Program-made: the position numbers and the translations under genes
Source of the DNA: Coleofasciculus sp. B1-GNL1-01
Lineage (GTDB): Bacteria > Cyanobacteriota > Cyanobacteriia > Cyanobacteriales > Coleofasciculaceae
DNA length: 33,407 nucleotides
Assembly: GCA_040220235.1 (NCBI GenBank)
Contig: JAVJTO010000147.1
Direction: 5' to 3' (one strand)
Shown here: positions 10,210 through 20,450 of the stretch, one piece after another
Layout: each line of letters starts with the position of its first letter
How positions within the stretch are numbered: position 1 is the stretch's first letter
The notes under the pieces: model-generated
The model's input: only the letters and a program-made list of their open reading frames with translations
Database searches by the model: none
Told to the model about the DNA's origin: nothing

Positions 10210-10401
10210 CTACTCAGGCTGAATCACTTCAAAGTCAGATTCATCCAGAGACAACATCAGAGGAACGTCATTCGGATTCATTAAATTTTGTTCTAAGCGA
10301 ACTATCCAACGTCCTGACTCTTCACGACCTTGGATAATCCCCTGAATACCCGCAGCATATTCAGGGCGGATAACCCGAATTAAGGTTCCTACCTTGAGCA
10401 T
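10210..10401 (-). CDS. Small hypothetical protein (SH3/KOW-like beta pattern)
   Basis: MLKVGTLIRVIRPEYAAG..G.I.G.E..GRWIVRL...LSL.ESDFEV; the ATG at 10401 is preferred. Confidence 0.6.
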   Translation of the reverse strand: MLKVGTLIRVIRPEYAAGIQGIIQGREESGRWIVRLEQNLMNPNDVPLMLSLDESDFEVIQPE

Positions 10402-10552
10402 TAGCCAAATAGTATCTACTTTACCTTCCCTAAACATGAGGGATGTTCTCTGATTTTAACCTAATTTTAACCATTTCTTATACATAAGAATACTTAATGG
10501 GTCAAGTTTGTAGATCCCGGTTTTTGTCAAGGTTTCCGGACATAATCGTCAG

Positions 10553-12415
10553 TTATTGTTCCATCAAAATCAGTCGCAATGGGTCTAAACGAACGTACCA
10601 GGGAAAGGGGCGGTCTTTAAGATTTGCCCATTTTTCCTTGTAAACCTCAACTTGTAGGTGGTAGTCTTGGGCGTGACCTGGAGGCTGATGCAGTCTAATA
10701 TATAAAGTTGTCCGGTGTTGCGTCTCACTGGTCATCACCAGCCAGCAGGGAAAGGTATTCTCTCCATCGGGATGCTGGGGAAAGGTGAAGTGGTGGGCGC
10801 GAATTCCTACATACGTTAATTTGTTAGGAATTGGTTCAACCACCTGAAGCGTACAGCCCCAGTCTAGCGCCTCAATTGTTTGGGGTTCAATCATCCGGGC
10901 GGAGGAAAAGTTTTTACATTCAGTAACCTGGGCGACTTCAAAGCTAGGAGGACGTTCAAAGATAGTCTCTTTGGTATCATTAGCAATCACGTTTCCCTGG
11001 GAAAGAATCAGTAAATTCTGGCAAATTCGATAAGCTTCTTCTAGCTTATGGGTGACAAATAGCGTCACGCCTTCATACGTGGAAAGCGTTTCACTCAACA
11101 GCCTTTCAATCCGGCTGCGTAAATAGGTATCCAGGGCGGAAAGGGGTTCATCTAAGAGTAAGGCTTCTGGATGAATTGCCAAAGCCCTAGCTAAAGCAAC
11201 TCGCTGTTGCTGTCCGCCGGAAATTTGCTCAGGATAGCGGTTTTCTAAGCCTTGCAGTTGCATCATCTCCATATATTTGGCAATGCGCTGTCTGCGTTCC
11301 AGTTTGGGCAAATTTTGCAGCCCAAAGCCGATATTTTGGGCAATGGTTAAATGAGGAAATAGGGCATAATTTTGAAACACAAAACCAATCCGGCGTTGAC
11401 GACTGGGAATATTAATCCCCCGTTGCGAATCAAATAAAACTCGTCCATTGAGAACAATTCGCCCTTGGTTGGGTGAGTCTAATCCCGCAATGCAGCGCAG
11501 TGTCATACTTTTACCGGAACCGGATGTGCCTAAGAGTCCTAAAGGTTTTCCCTTGGCTTCTAATTGGGCGTCTAAGGTAAATCCAGGTAATTGCTTTTTT
11601 AGGTTAACAAAAAGTCCTTTATTGCCATATCTGATCCCTCTGTAGTCCGTCCTTTTATATCTCCCTCTTGTCCCCCTTTTTAAATCCCCCTCCCGTTCCC
11701 CTTCAAAAGGGGGAAGCCAGGAGAACCAATGCGCGATCGCGTGCCACTTGGCGAAGTGCTGTGTTCCTGACCAGTAGTTGATTGCGGCGATTACCACGAG
11801 TGCGATCGCCACCATCAGCAACACCCAGTTTAACGCCTCCCCCATCTTACCTGCTTCTGCGGCAAAGAAGATCGCGATCGGCATGGTTTGAGTTTTGCCG
11901 GGAATACTACCTGCTAACATTAATGTGGCACCAAATTCTCCTAAAGCCCTGGCAAAGGCTAAAATGGTTCCCGAAACCACACCAGGTAATGCCAAGGGTA
12001 ATAGAATCTGCCAAAAAATCCGCCATTCTGATGCCCCTAATGTCCGAGCGCAATGAATCAAATCCTTGTCAATTTGTTTAAAGGCACTCAGTACCGTTTT
12101 ATACATTAAAGGAAACGCCACAACTGTAGCTGCGATTACCGTTGCTGACCAGGAAAATATTATAGTAATTCCTAGGTGCTTTAACAGTTGTCCCACAGGA
12201 CTATTTCTGCCCAAAAGCAGCAGTAGCAGAAAACCGATAACTGTTGGTGGGAGTACCAGGGGGAGAGTAAAAAACCCATCAATTAATCCTTTTGCTTTAC
12301 CGCGATAGCCATACATCCATCGGGCGGCGGCAATTCCCACTAAGAAAGCGAAGATTGTAGCGACAAATGCGGTTTTTAGCGAAATCCACAGTGGAGATAA
12401 ATCTGAATAGGGCAT
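10553..12415 (-). CDS. modBC: Fused molybdate ABC transporter permease / ATP-binding protein
   Basis: ModB motifs LPLVLPP and FARALGEFGAT; ABC motifs GTSGSGKS, ISGGQQQR and LLLDEP. Confidence 0.93.
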   Translation of the reverse strand: MPYSDLSPLWISLKTAFVATIFAFLVGIAAARWMYGYRGKAKGLIDGFFTLPLVLPPTVIGFLLLLLLGRNSPVGQLLKHLGITIIFSWSATVIAATVVAFPLMYKTVLSAFKQIDKDLIHCARTLGASEWRIFWQILLPLALPGVVSGTILAFARALGEFGATLMLAGSIPGKTQTMPIAIFFAAEAGKMGEALNWVLLMVAIALVVIAAINYWSGTQHFAKWHAIAHWFSWLPPFEGEREGDLKRGTRGRYKRTDYRGIRYGNKGLFVNLKKQLPGFTLDAQLEAKGKPLGLLGTSGSGKSMTLRCIAGLDSPNQGRIVLNGRVLFDSQRGINIPSRQRRIGFVFQNYALFPHLTIAQNIGFGLQNLPKLERRQRIAKYMEMMQLQGLENRYPEQISGGQQQRVALARALAIHPEALLLDEPLSALDTYLRSRIERLLSETLSTYEGVTLFVTHKLEEAYRICQNLLILSQGNVIANDTKETIFERPPSFEVAQVTECKNFSSARMIEPQTIEALDWGCTLQVVEPIPNKLTYVGIRAHHFTFPQHPDGENTFPCWLVMTSETQHRTTLYIRLHQPPGHAQDYHLQVEVYKEKWANLKDRPFPWYVRLDPLRLILMEQ

Positions 12416-12612
12416 TCTATTCGTCCAGTAATCGAATTATGGCGAGAAGGTTGGGGGATAGTTCGATTGATAATATCTCAGCTTTTCCTAGGGTTTTCTG
12501 TAGTTTAACTATCTTTTTTATATATTAGGTTCGTAGTAGGGAACCTTAGCCTATAAACCTAACCTATAAACTCGCCTCGATTAAACGGTGAAATGGCAGG
12601 ATTATTTTTTTA

Positions 12613-12653
12613 ACGCAGAGGTACGCAGAGGTAAGCGCAGAGGTACGCAGAGG
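12613..12653 (+). repeat. Short tandem repeat (CGCAGAGG x4)
   Basis: acgcagaggtacgcagaggtaagcgcagaggtacgcagagg. Confidence 0.8.
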
Positions 12654-12753
12654 GAGTTGGCGGTTGGGGAAGGACATTTACAATAGTAGGGTGCGTTAGT
12701 GAAACGTAACGCACCATTGCTCAGTTTGATAGGTATTTTAATCCTTTCAATTG

Positions 12754-13557
12754 TTAATCGCTAGCCAAGCTAAAACCATACTCTTCAAACACAGCTTTAG
12801 CGGGTTCAGTTGAGAGAAACTGCACAAATTCTTTTGCTGAATCCGGATTTTTACTCTCTTTTAATACCGCAACAGGATAAATAATTGGTGCGTGAGACGT
12901 TTCTGATGCTGTAGCGACAACTTTGACATTATCTGATACGTTAGCATCCGTGGCATAGACTAAACCTGCCTCAACATTCCCGGTTTCTACATAAGAGAGG
13001 ACTTGGCGCACATCTTTGGCGAAAACCAGTTTATCTTGGATGGGTTTATATAAATTCAGTGAAGTTAGGACTTCTTTCCCATATTGTCCAGCGGGTACAC
13101 TTTCGGGATCGCCAATTGCCACTTTGCTCACTTTATCAGTCGTTAATCCTTTGAAATTAGAAATATCGGTTTTATCCTTTGGTGTAACCAGAACAATTGA
13201 ATTTTTCAATAAGTCTTTGCGTGTATCCGTTAACAGTAAGTCTTTCTCTTGCAAAGCGTTCATCTGTTTTGGCGCGGCGGACAGAAAGACATCCACAGGC
13301 GCTCCCTGTTCGATTTGCTGTTGCAGAGAACCGGAAGACCCAAAGTTATAGGTAATGGTAACGTGAGCTTGTTCTTGAGTATACAGGGGCGCGATCGCTT
13401 TCATGGCATCCTGTAAGCTAGCCGCTGCTGATACCGTGAGTTCTACTGATTCGGGTGGCGTAGCGGAAGGGTTCGGAGGTGTCCCTTGAGAACAACCCAC
13501 AACGATTAGGAATGTCGCAACCATCCATGCCATTGAGAAAACACGTCGTTTTTTCAT
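12754..13557 (-). CDS. modA: Molybdate ABC transporter substrate-binding lipoprotein
   Basis: VSAAASL, NFGSSGSL, VPAGQYG, VYATDA; lipobox-like VVGC. Confidence 0.95.
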   Translation of the reverse strand: MKKRRVFSMAWMVATFLIVVGCSQGTPPNPSATPPESVELTVSAAASLQDAMKAIAPLYTQEQAHVTITYNFGSSGSLQQQIEQGAPVDVFLSAAPKQMNALQEKDLLLTDTRKDLLKNSIVLVTPKDKTDISNFKGLTTDKVSKVAIGDPESVPAGQYGKEVLTSLNLYKPIQDKLVFAKDVRQVLSYVETGNVEAGLVYATDANVSDNVKVVATASETSHAPIIYPVAVLKESKNPDSAKEFVQFLSTEPAKAVFEEYGFSLASD

Positions 13558-13680
13558 TTCCCTGTTGCCTCAGCTAATGACTGACAGAAGGTGTTGATAG
13601 GAGCATCGTACTAATCTGAACCATGACTTACCAAGTTAGCAGGTCTGGGCGGGTTTTGTAGAAACGTTATCATCAATAAA

Positions 13681-14547
13681 TCAAAGTAACTCCCTAAACC
13701 CGCCCGTACAAACCATTTCTACCTGGATATCAGCAGGTTTGGCATAATAGGGAGCCGTTAACACCAACCCATCTACGCCCGTTGCTGCATAGTTAGCAAT
13801 ATTAGCATCGTTAATCCCGCCAGCCGCCAAGGTCATTAGGGTTGGATTCATGGACTTGAGTTGGGGAATTACCTCGGTTAATGCCTCAGCGTTTACTTTA
13901 TCAAATTGAATTCCATCTATACCTGAAGCGGCTAAGTTAAAGGCGGTAGCCATATCTTTAACTTCAACAATGACTTTCTTTTCTTTAACCTGACGCTTAA
14001 TTACGGGTAGTTGCTGAATGAGGGAGTCAATTCCGCCCAGAAAGTTGAGATGCTGTTGGAAGATTAAAACAGTTTCTGAAAGTCCCAGTCGATGAGGATA
14101 TGCCCCACCCGCTAAGATGGCTTTCACGGCGATGGGTTTGGTTGCTGGGATGACTTTGCGAGTGGTATAAAGCATCACATCTTGATTCGCCGCTTGTGCT
14201 AATTGCACTAGATTGTAGGTTTTGGTGGCGACTCCACAGGCATATTCCAGTAAATTCTGGGCAGGTTTCCAAGCCAGATGCAAGGCGGCGGCGTTTCCGG
14301 TAGCACTGAGAAAGGTGACACCTGCGTCCAAGATTTCACCTGTCGCCAAGATTGTTGTCACGTCTGCCCCAGTTTGGCGTAAGATACTGGCGGCGTCTTC
14401 GGTGCAAGCTAAAACGGTTTTGGCGCGAGTGGTAAAGCGGATTGTCCCCATGCGATCGCCAATCCCTAACACCTGGGTGGTTAAATCAAAATAGGGAACG
14501 TCTTCTTGGATTAACTGCTGTAGTAACTGCTGTGAGATAAAGACCAT
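13681..14547 (-). CDS. modD: ModD protein (NadC/QPRTase-like)
   Basis: EDVPYFDLTT, TTRK, HRLGLSET, QFDK, AAGGIN; adjacent to modA. Confidence 0.9.
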   Translation of the reverse strand: MVFISQQLLQQLIQEDVPYFDLTTQVLGIGDRMGTIRFTTRAKTVLACTEDAASILRQTGADVTTILATGEILDAGVTFLSATGNAAALHLAWKPAQNLLEYACGVATKTYNLVQLAQAANQDVMLYTTRKVIPATKPIAVKAILAGGAYPHRLGLSETVLIFQQHLNFLGGIDSLIQQLPVIKRQVKEKKVIVEVKDMATAFNLAASGIDGIQFDKVNAEALTEVIPQLKSMNPTLMTLAAGGINDANIANYAATGVDGLVLTAPYYAKPADIQVEMVCTGGFRELL

Positions 14548-14718
14548 TACGTATTTTGTCTTCGATAGTCTGCCTTGGCTATATCAGTTCTGCGAGTGCA
14601 AAAGTGAGTAAAATCATACAATTTGCTGTTTTTATCAAATTATTCAGCAAAATCAGAAAATTCAGTAATTTTTGGTATTATTAGCTGGTTAACCAATGAC
14701 TAAATTAGGGATTGAACT

Positions 14719-14928
14719 ATGGAAGTTAGCGCTCGTAATACCTTTAAAGGGACAGTAAAAAAGGTTGTACCTGGAGCCGTTAACAGTGAGGTGACTATAG
14801 AAGTTGCTCCTGGGGTGGAAATGACGGCAATTATCACCAAGTCTTCGGCGGAACGACTTGGTCTCGCCGAAGGTAAGGAAGCTTATGCTGTTGTTAAAGC
14901 GACAGATGTCATGGTGGCAACAGATTAA
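14719..14928 (+). CDS. mop: Molbindin (Mop/TOBE molybdate-binding protein)
   Basis: SARN motif, G.VNSEV, AIIT..SA..LGL..G. Confidence 0.93.
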   Translation: MEVSARNTFKGTVKKVVPGAVNSEVTIEVAPGVEMTAIITKSSAERLGLAEGKEAYAVVKATDVMVATD

Positions 14929-15101
14929 AGGGTGCGTGCTTGAACATTGGGTTGTCCCAAATCCTCAGTTTTCACCAGTCAACAGCAGCCCGGAATCGTA
15001 GGGGCGCACAGATGTGCGCCCTGACTTAATTAGGATAGGACTTTTCTCATCTCACAAAAATTGTCAGCCAAGCGGGAATCCTGATAAAAATGTTTTCAAA
15101 A

Positions 15102-15524
15102 CTACTGATACCGCCGTCTTGCTCGCCTTGCCAAGGCTTGCTGCAATTTTTCTTCCAGTTCCTGAATTCTAGTTTCATGACGATTGAGTTCTTGCTGTTG
15201 CAGCAGCAGAGAAAGTTTCAAATCTTCCCAGCGTTGGGTATACGTTGTCCATTGCTTTTCCAGATATGTAAAGGCTTGGAGAATGTTAACAATTGGTCCG
15301 GCTGTCGTCGAATAAACTTGACAAACTTGTCTATCTGAAGTGACCTCAATTAAGACCAGCATACCTTTATTAATATGCTTGACTTGGGTGGCGATAATTA
15401 CTTCATCTTGAACCGTGCGCCAAATTTGTCGGCTTCTTTCTTGGCAATAGGCTTGCAGTTTAAGTACCGTTGCCCGACTGCCAATCCAGGAATGATTTTT
15501 TTTGACTTCAGCTAAATACAGCAT
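15102..15524 (-). CDS. Short protein resembling the N-terminal domain of the pilus motility protein HmpF
   Basis: MLYLAEVKK...LKL...G.LVL.E....RQV...AG.PIVNILQ.F...W..SL..Q.QELNR.E, followed by a short coiled coil. Confidence 0.65.
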   Translation of the reverse strand: MLYLAEVKKNHSWIGSRATVLKLQAYCQERSRQIWRTVQDEVIIATQVKHINKGMLVLIEVTSDRQVCQVYSTTAGPIVNILQAFTYLEKQWTTYTQRWEDLKLSLLLQQQELNRHETRIQELEEKLQQALARRARRRYQ

Positions 15525-15894
15525 AATTTTATCCCTTTAATGTGCTTAGAAAAACTATTACGGAGATGCATCATTTATGGCATTTCATGATCAGATTAAG
15601 GTGATTATTGTTATTGTTTATCATTAAAAATAGGCATCTAGTATTCCAAGCTACAAATAATTGCTTAATCGCTCTTTGTTATTTTTATTTAAGATTAAAA
15701 AAAATTATAATTAACTGTAGGGTGGGTTAGGCGGTAACTCCATAAAGAGGAATAACTATTTAATCAGATATCCGCCGTAACCCACCAATAATAAGGAAAA
15801 AGAAAAACGGTGCGTTACGCTTTGCTAACGCACCCTACAATTTGCGGTGATAAATGGCAGCGTTTATGGCGAAGACAGCGCAACTACAAACGGT

Positions 15895-17178
15895 TTAACC
15901 ACAACCTAAGCCACTCCCGGTACATTCTCCAACTTTACCAGCCGCTACTTGCCGTTTGCCCTTCAGCTTTGACAAATCACTTCCTTCATAAACGGCTTGC
16001 AATCCCGTCTCAATAAAACCGCTCATTTCTACCGGAAGCACACCACACTTGGTCAAAATTTCTTTCGGGTTATCGCCAATACTGCTGGCTAAAATTGCCC
16101 GACAATCTTTCAGCATATTGGCAACTTTTTGCCACCGTTCAAAACCACTTCCACGGTCAGGGGCGAGACGTTCTTCCACTAAGGTAAAGCCTTGATCTGT
16201 TTTCTGCCAAATCTGAAACTGATCCACTTGACCTAAATGCTGATTCACCAGAATTCCTTCAACGGTTGCTACAGCGACATAAGGGCGTTCTTTTTCTTCA
16301 ATGGGAATCACTTTCTTAGAACAAGCAATCAAACACCCGTGGAATTCTTCGGACTGATCTGCGCCTAAAAGTCCCACAGCATCTGCCCGACAGCGTGTAC
16401 AATGGCGCATTTGCGGTAAATATTCCTCGCATTCTTTGCGGATTTTCGCCATCGTAATCCCATCGGGTTCAGTCAATCCCTCAAATGGCGTTTCGGCGGT
16501 GGGATACATCGCCATCGCATTAAATAAATCTGCCCCAAGTTCTGCCATGGTTTTGGCAACTTCAACCACATGATGGTCATTAATTCCGGGCATAACGATG
16601 CAGTTTATTTTAACCGTAATTCCGGCAGCTTTTAGCCCTTTTACAGCTTCTAATTGCCGTTCTAAGAGTAACTTCGCACCTTTTAAGCCCTGATAAACGG
16701 ACTTTTCATGGCGTACCCAACGGTAAACTTTGCGGGTAATTTCTGGGTCGATCGCGTTGATGGTAACGGTAACGTGACTGACGCCAATTTCGGCAATTTC
16801 GTCGATATATTCGGGTTTGAGATTTAAGCCATTGGTCGCCAAGCAGAGGATTAAGTCGGGAAACTTTTCCCGCAGCAGCCGCATTGTACCTAAGGTTTCC
16901 TCTGGATTGGCAAAGGGATCACCCGGACCCGCAATTCCAGCCACACTGATTCTCGGTTCTTTCTCTAATACCTTTTCCATGTAAACAGCGGCTTGGGCGG
17001 GAGAAAGAATAGTGCTGGTGACACCGGGTCTACTTTCGTTAACGCAATCATATTTGCGATTGCAATAATTACATTGGATATTGCACTTGGGTGCTACAGG
17101 TAAATGGACTCGTCCGAACTGTCCTTTTACCTTGACATTAAAACAAGGGTGATTTTCTAAATTAACTGTGGCTGTCAT
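15895..17178 (-). CDS. nifB: FeMo-cofactor biosynthesis radical SAM protein NifB (anaerobe-type)
   Basis: HPC, CNIQCNYC, ESRPG, AGPGD, CTRCRADA; C-terminal NifX-like domain. Confidence 0.96.
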   Translation of the reverse strand: MTATVNLENHPCFNVKVKGQFGRVHLPVAPKCNIQCNYCNRKYDCVNESRPGVTSTILSPAQAAVYMEKVLEKEPRISVAGIAGPGDPFANPEETLGTMRLLREKFPDLILCLATNGLNLKPEYIDEIAEIGVSHVTVTINAIDPEITRKVYRWVRHEKSVYQGLKGAKLLLERQLEAVKGLKAAGITVKINCIVMPGINDHHVVEVAKTMAELGADLFNAMAMYPTAETPFEGLTEPDGITMAKIRKECEEYLPQMRHCTRCRADAVGLLGADQSEEFHGCLIACSKKVIPIEEKERPYVAVATVEGILVNQHLGQVDQFQIWQKTDQGFTLVEERLAPDRGSGFERWQKVANMLKDCRAILASSIGDNPKEILTKCGVLPVEMSGFIETGLQAVYEGSDLSKLKGKRQVAAGKVGECTGSGLGCG

Positions 17179-17272
17179 GGTTTTCTCTCCTGAAGTGATG
17201 AGTTGAATTTTCGGAAACTTATCAAGACTAAGTTAGTGACGAATGATTACTTGTGAACGAATGACGAATGAC

Positions 17273-17375
17273 TAAGCTGTCATGCATTTAAATTGGGTAT
17301 TAGTAGCGAGCAAGATGCTCGCACTACAAGGCTTTCGCCGTTATTGATATTAAGGTTTAAATGCCGAACAGCTTA
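17273..17375. mobile_element. 103-bp MITE with terminal inverted repeats and an apparent TA target duplication
   Basis: TAAGCTGTcatGCATTTAAA...TTTAAATGCcgaACAGCTTA inserted in an atgacNN heptamer tract; related copies at 30365-30516 and 33231-33407. Confidence 0.8.
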
Positions 17376-17391
17376 ATGACAAATGACCAAA

Positions 17392-18792
17392 TCAAAGATA
17401 GCCATACCCCACTGGTGAATCAGCTTGCTTCTTCTCGATAATGGCATTCACAATCCGATCTAACAGGTTCTGAGTCCCGCGATACCCCAGATGTAGCATC
17501 CGCTGTCCGCCAAAGCGATCGTGAATGGGGAAGCCTACGCGGATTAGGGGAATTTGCTGTTTTTTAGTCAAGGAATATCCTTTGCTGGTTCCAATCAACA
17601 TATCGGGGTCTAGACTTTCGATTTCTTCAGAAATTTCATAGAAATCAAATCCTTCTTTAACGATTGGCGGTTCGGTGACAATATCCGAAGTAACCGCATT
17701 AATCGCATCCTGAAACTGTCCACTATTTCCTCCTGATGCACATAAGACTATCTTCATGCCGATTTCGGCTAAAAATGCCGTTAATCCGACACACAAATCT
17801 TCTTCCCCATAAACAACTACCCGCTTACCAAACAGATATTTATGGGAATCAACATAGGCATCCACTAACCGCCCTCGTTCCAGTTGATGTTTTCTTGGTG
17901 TCGCACACCCAGAAACCTCTTCTAGGGCTTCAAAGAAGCGATCGCACTCTCGCAACCCAATCGGCATCCCCAAGGCGTACAGGGGCACACGGTTGCGTTC
18001 AGCCAGAAGTTGACCCCCAGAATTACCCGTGCGTTGCAACACTTGACCGAACTCAATCGTGGCGTCAGAATGTCCCATACTTTGAATCGCTGCAATTGGC
18101 GTTCCCCCTTCCGGAATCTTTTCATAGTCCATTTGTGCGGGGGCGTCTAAGGTTTCTGAGATATCCGGTAGGATCGTTCCTGGACAATTAAAATCATCGA
18201 GAACTTCTTTTAGATAACGGATATCGGCGGGAGAAACTAATCCAGGTAAAAGATTGACTTTGGCTTTCTCCTCTTGCAAAGAGGGAGTTGGGGAGGATTC
18301 AGTTACTAACTGATCAATAACTGCCCGCACTGTAGCATGGAAACCTTCCATGTGGGTGCCACTATAACTGGGGGTGGAGACATTTAACAAGGTTGGCAAT
18401 TCCTTATCGCCAAATTCTTCCTTAAACTCCCTCAATAACCCACTAACATTATCACCAATGGTTTCAGTTAAGCAAGTGGTGGCAATTCCCACAACTTTCG
18501 CGCCATATTTATCCATGACATTGAGGATACCTTTTTTCAGGTTGGGTCCTCCGCCATAAACGGCGTGTTTTTCACTCAAGGAAGATGAGGCAATGTCAAT
18601 GGGTTCGCGAAAATGACTAATGATATAACGCCTCATGTAGGTAGCGCAGCCTTGTGATCCATGCAGAAAGGGTACGGTTCCCTCAATTCCACGAAAGGCA
18701 ATACAAGCGCCCAGAGGTTTACACAGTTTACAGGCGTTGGTTGTGGAAACGTAAGCTTCGGTTTTTTGCTTAATTTTGAGTTTCTTAGACAT
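17392..18792 (-). CDS. nifN: Nitrogenase FeMo-cofactor scaffold NifN (Cys-rich anaerobe type)
   Basis: NACKLCKPLG, HGSQGCATY, TTCLTETIG, GFPIHDR; follows nifE. Confidence 0.93.
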   Translation of the reverse strand: MSKKLKIKQKTEAYVSTTNACKLCKPLGACIAFRGIEGTVPFLHGSQGCATYMRRYIISHFREPIDIASSSLSEKHAVYGGGPNLKKGILNVMDKYGAKVVGIATTCLTETIGDNVSGLLREFKEEFGDKELPTLLNVSTPSYSGTHMEGFHATVRAVIDQLVTESSPTPSLQEEKAKVNLLPGLVSPADIRYLKEVLDDFNCPGTILPDISETLDAPAQMDYEKIPEGGTPIAAIQSMGHSDATIEFGQVLQRTGNSGGQLLAERNRVPLYALGMPIGLRECDRFFEALEEVSGCATPRKHQLERGRLVDAYVDSHKYLFGKRVVVYGEEDLCVGLTAFLAEIGMKIVLCASGGNSGQFQDAINAVTSDIVTEPPIVKEGFDFYEISEEIESLDPDMLIGTSKGYSLTKKQQIPLIRVGFPIHDRFGGQRMLHLGYRGTQNLLDRIVNAIIEKKQADSPVGYGYL

Positions 18793-18841
18793 GGTTTTAT
18801 CGGTGGCAGCGAATTAGGTAATGGTTTATCATTTCAATCCT

Positions 18842-18979
18842 GGAATAATGGTGCGTTACGCTACCCTTTGGAAACGCGGCGTGAACGCTAACCCTACAAC
18901 TTAAGTTTGAGGAATAATGGTGCGTTACGCTTCGCTAACACACCCTACAACTTGAGGCACTAAAGTGCCTACTACGAAC
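18842..18979 (-). repeat. Tandem REP-like elements between nifE and nifN
   Basis: ggaataatggtgcgttacgct...accctacaactt at 18842-18902 and 18911-18953; the same family occurs near 12687 and 15809. Confidence 0.8.
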
Positions 18980-19004
18980 AACCCGTTTTAACGGGTTTAA
19001 GCTT

Positions 19005-20372
19005 TTAGCTTGAACTTGAGTTCAAGGCTTGATTTTTACGCGGCACAAATCTCCAGACGGGAGACATAACGGTGCTATGTACTTCCTTAGCAAAATTCAC
19101 CATTCCCAGAAACCCTTCTAACGCTTCCTTGCGTTCATGGTTGTGGTCACAGAATCCAAGTCCTAACTTATAGGCAATCGGTCGTTCTTTCACACCACCG
19201 ACAAAGATATCTACATCTTTTTCTTTCAAAAATGCCGAGAGTTCTAAGGGGTTAGAATCATCTACAATAATTGTGCCGTCATCGGTAACTTCATGGAGTT
19301 CTCGGTAATCTTCGCTGGTTCCCGTTTGCGAACCCACCATCACCACATCCATGCCGATAAGTCGGAAGGCTTTCACTAAGGAAAAAGCCTTGAACGCACC
19401 GCCCACATAAATCGCCGCTTTTTTACCTTGTAAGTCTTTGCGGTACTCTTGCAGTTTAGTATACAACAGGGTTAATTCTTCCCGCACTAAGTCTTGAGCG
19501 CGTTTGAGAATGTCTGGGTCATCCTCGAAGAAGCGGGCAACTTTATACAAGGCTTCCGCCATGTCTTCGACACCAAAGTAGGACACTCGTAGAAACGGAG
19601 TTCCATACTTTTCTTTCATCATTTTGGCTAAGTCCATCGTCGCCCCAGAACACTGAACCACATTGAGTGCAGCGCCGTGCGATCGCGCGATATCTCCAAC
19701 TCTACCATCGCCTGTGATATTGGCAACAACCTGGACACCCATGCGTTCAAAATATTCGCGGATAATCCAAATTTCTCCGGCTAAATTAAAATCACCCAGA
19801 ATATTAATACTGCGAGGAGAAATTCCGGTAGTATCCCCTGTCCCCACTAAGCGAAACATGGCAGTACAAGCAGCATTATAGCCCGCCCGTTTGTTGCCCT
19901 TAAATCCTTCTGATTTAACCGGGATAACGGGGATATTTTTTTCTTGGCTAACTCGCCGACATATCGCTTCTAAATCATCACCAATAATCCCCACAATACA
20001 AGTTGAATAAACAAACGCCGCATTGGGGTGATGTCGGTCAATCAGTTCCGTTAACGCCTGATGGAGTTTCTTCTCACCCCCAAAGATGACATCCCGTTCT
20101 TGTAAATCCGTGGAAAAACTCAACCGATGCAATTCTGGACCCGATGAAAGCGCCCCGCGAATATCCCAGGTATACGCCGCGCAGCCGATGGGTCCGTGGA
20201 CTAAATGAACCGCGTCAGCGATGGGGTATAAAACAACGCGAGAACCACAAAATACGCAAGCCCGTTGGCTAACTGCACCCGCCAGACTATCTTTATTACA
20301 TTCCAGATTAAACGGTTGGTTTCCTTTGCGGTGAATTTGCTTTTCACGTTCTTGGAAAATAACAGGTTCCAT
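19005..20372 (-). CDS. nifE: Nitrogenase FeMo-cofactor scaffold NifE
   Basis: SQRACVFCG, HGPIGCAAY, STCIVGIIGDD, VVQCS; start placed at MEPVIFQERE (20372). Confidence 0.93.
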   Translation of the reverse strand: MEPVIFQEREKQIHRKGNQPFNLECNKDSLAGAVSQRACVFCGSRVVLYPIADAVHLVHGPIGCAAYTWDIRGALSSGPELHRLSFSTDLQERDVIFGGEKKLHQALTELIDRHHPNAAFVYSTCIVGIIGDDLEAICRRVSQEKNIPVIPVKSEGFKGNKRAGYNAACTAMFRLVGTGDTTGISPRSINILGDFNLAGEIWIIREYFERMGVQVVANITGDGRVGDIARSHGAALNVVQCSGATMDLAKMMKEKYGTPFLRVSYFGVEDMAEALYKVARFFEDDPDILKRAQDLVREELTLLYTKLQEYRKDLQGKKAAIYVGGAFKAFSLVKAFRLIGMDVVMVGSQTGTSEDYRELHEVTDDGTIIVDDSNPLELSAFLKEKDVDIFVGGVKERPIAYKLGLGFCDHNHERKEALEGFLGMVNFAKEVHSTVMSPVWRFVPRKNQALNSSSS

Positions 20373-20450
20373 ATCGTCAGGCTCACAAACGTTGTACAAA
20401 AATGCTTTTAGAAGAAGCGGAAAAGGCGGGGAATAAGTAAGCCCCGACAT

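Noticed and set aside
15895..18792. Clostridium-like nifN-nifB fusion
   Set aside because: nifN has its own stop and nifB has its own AGGAG ribosome-binding site and ATG, 213 bp apart.
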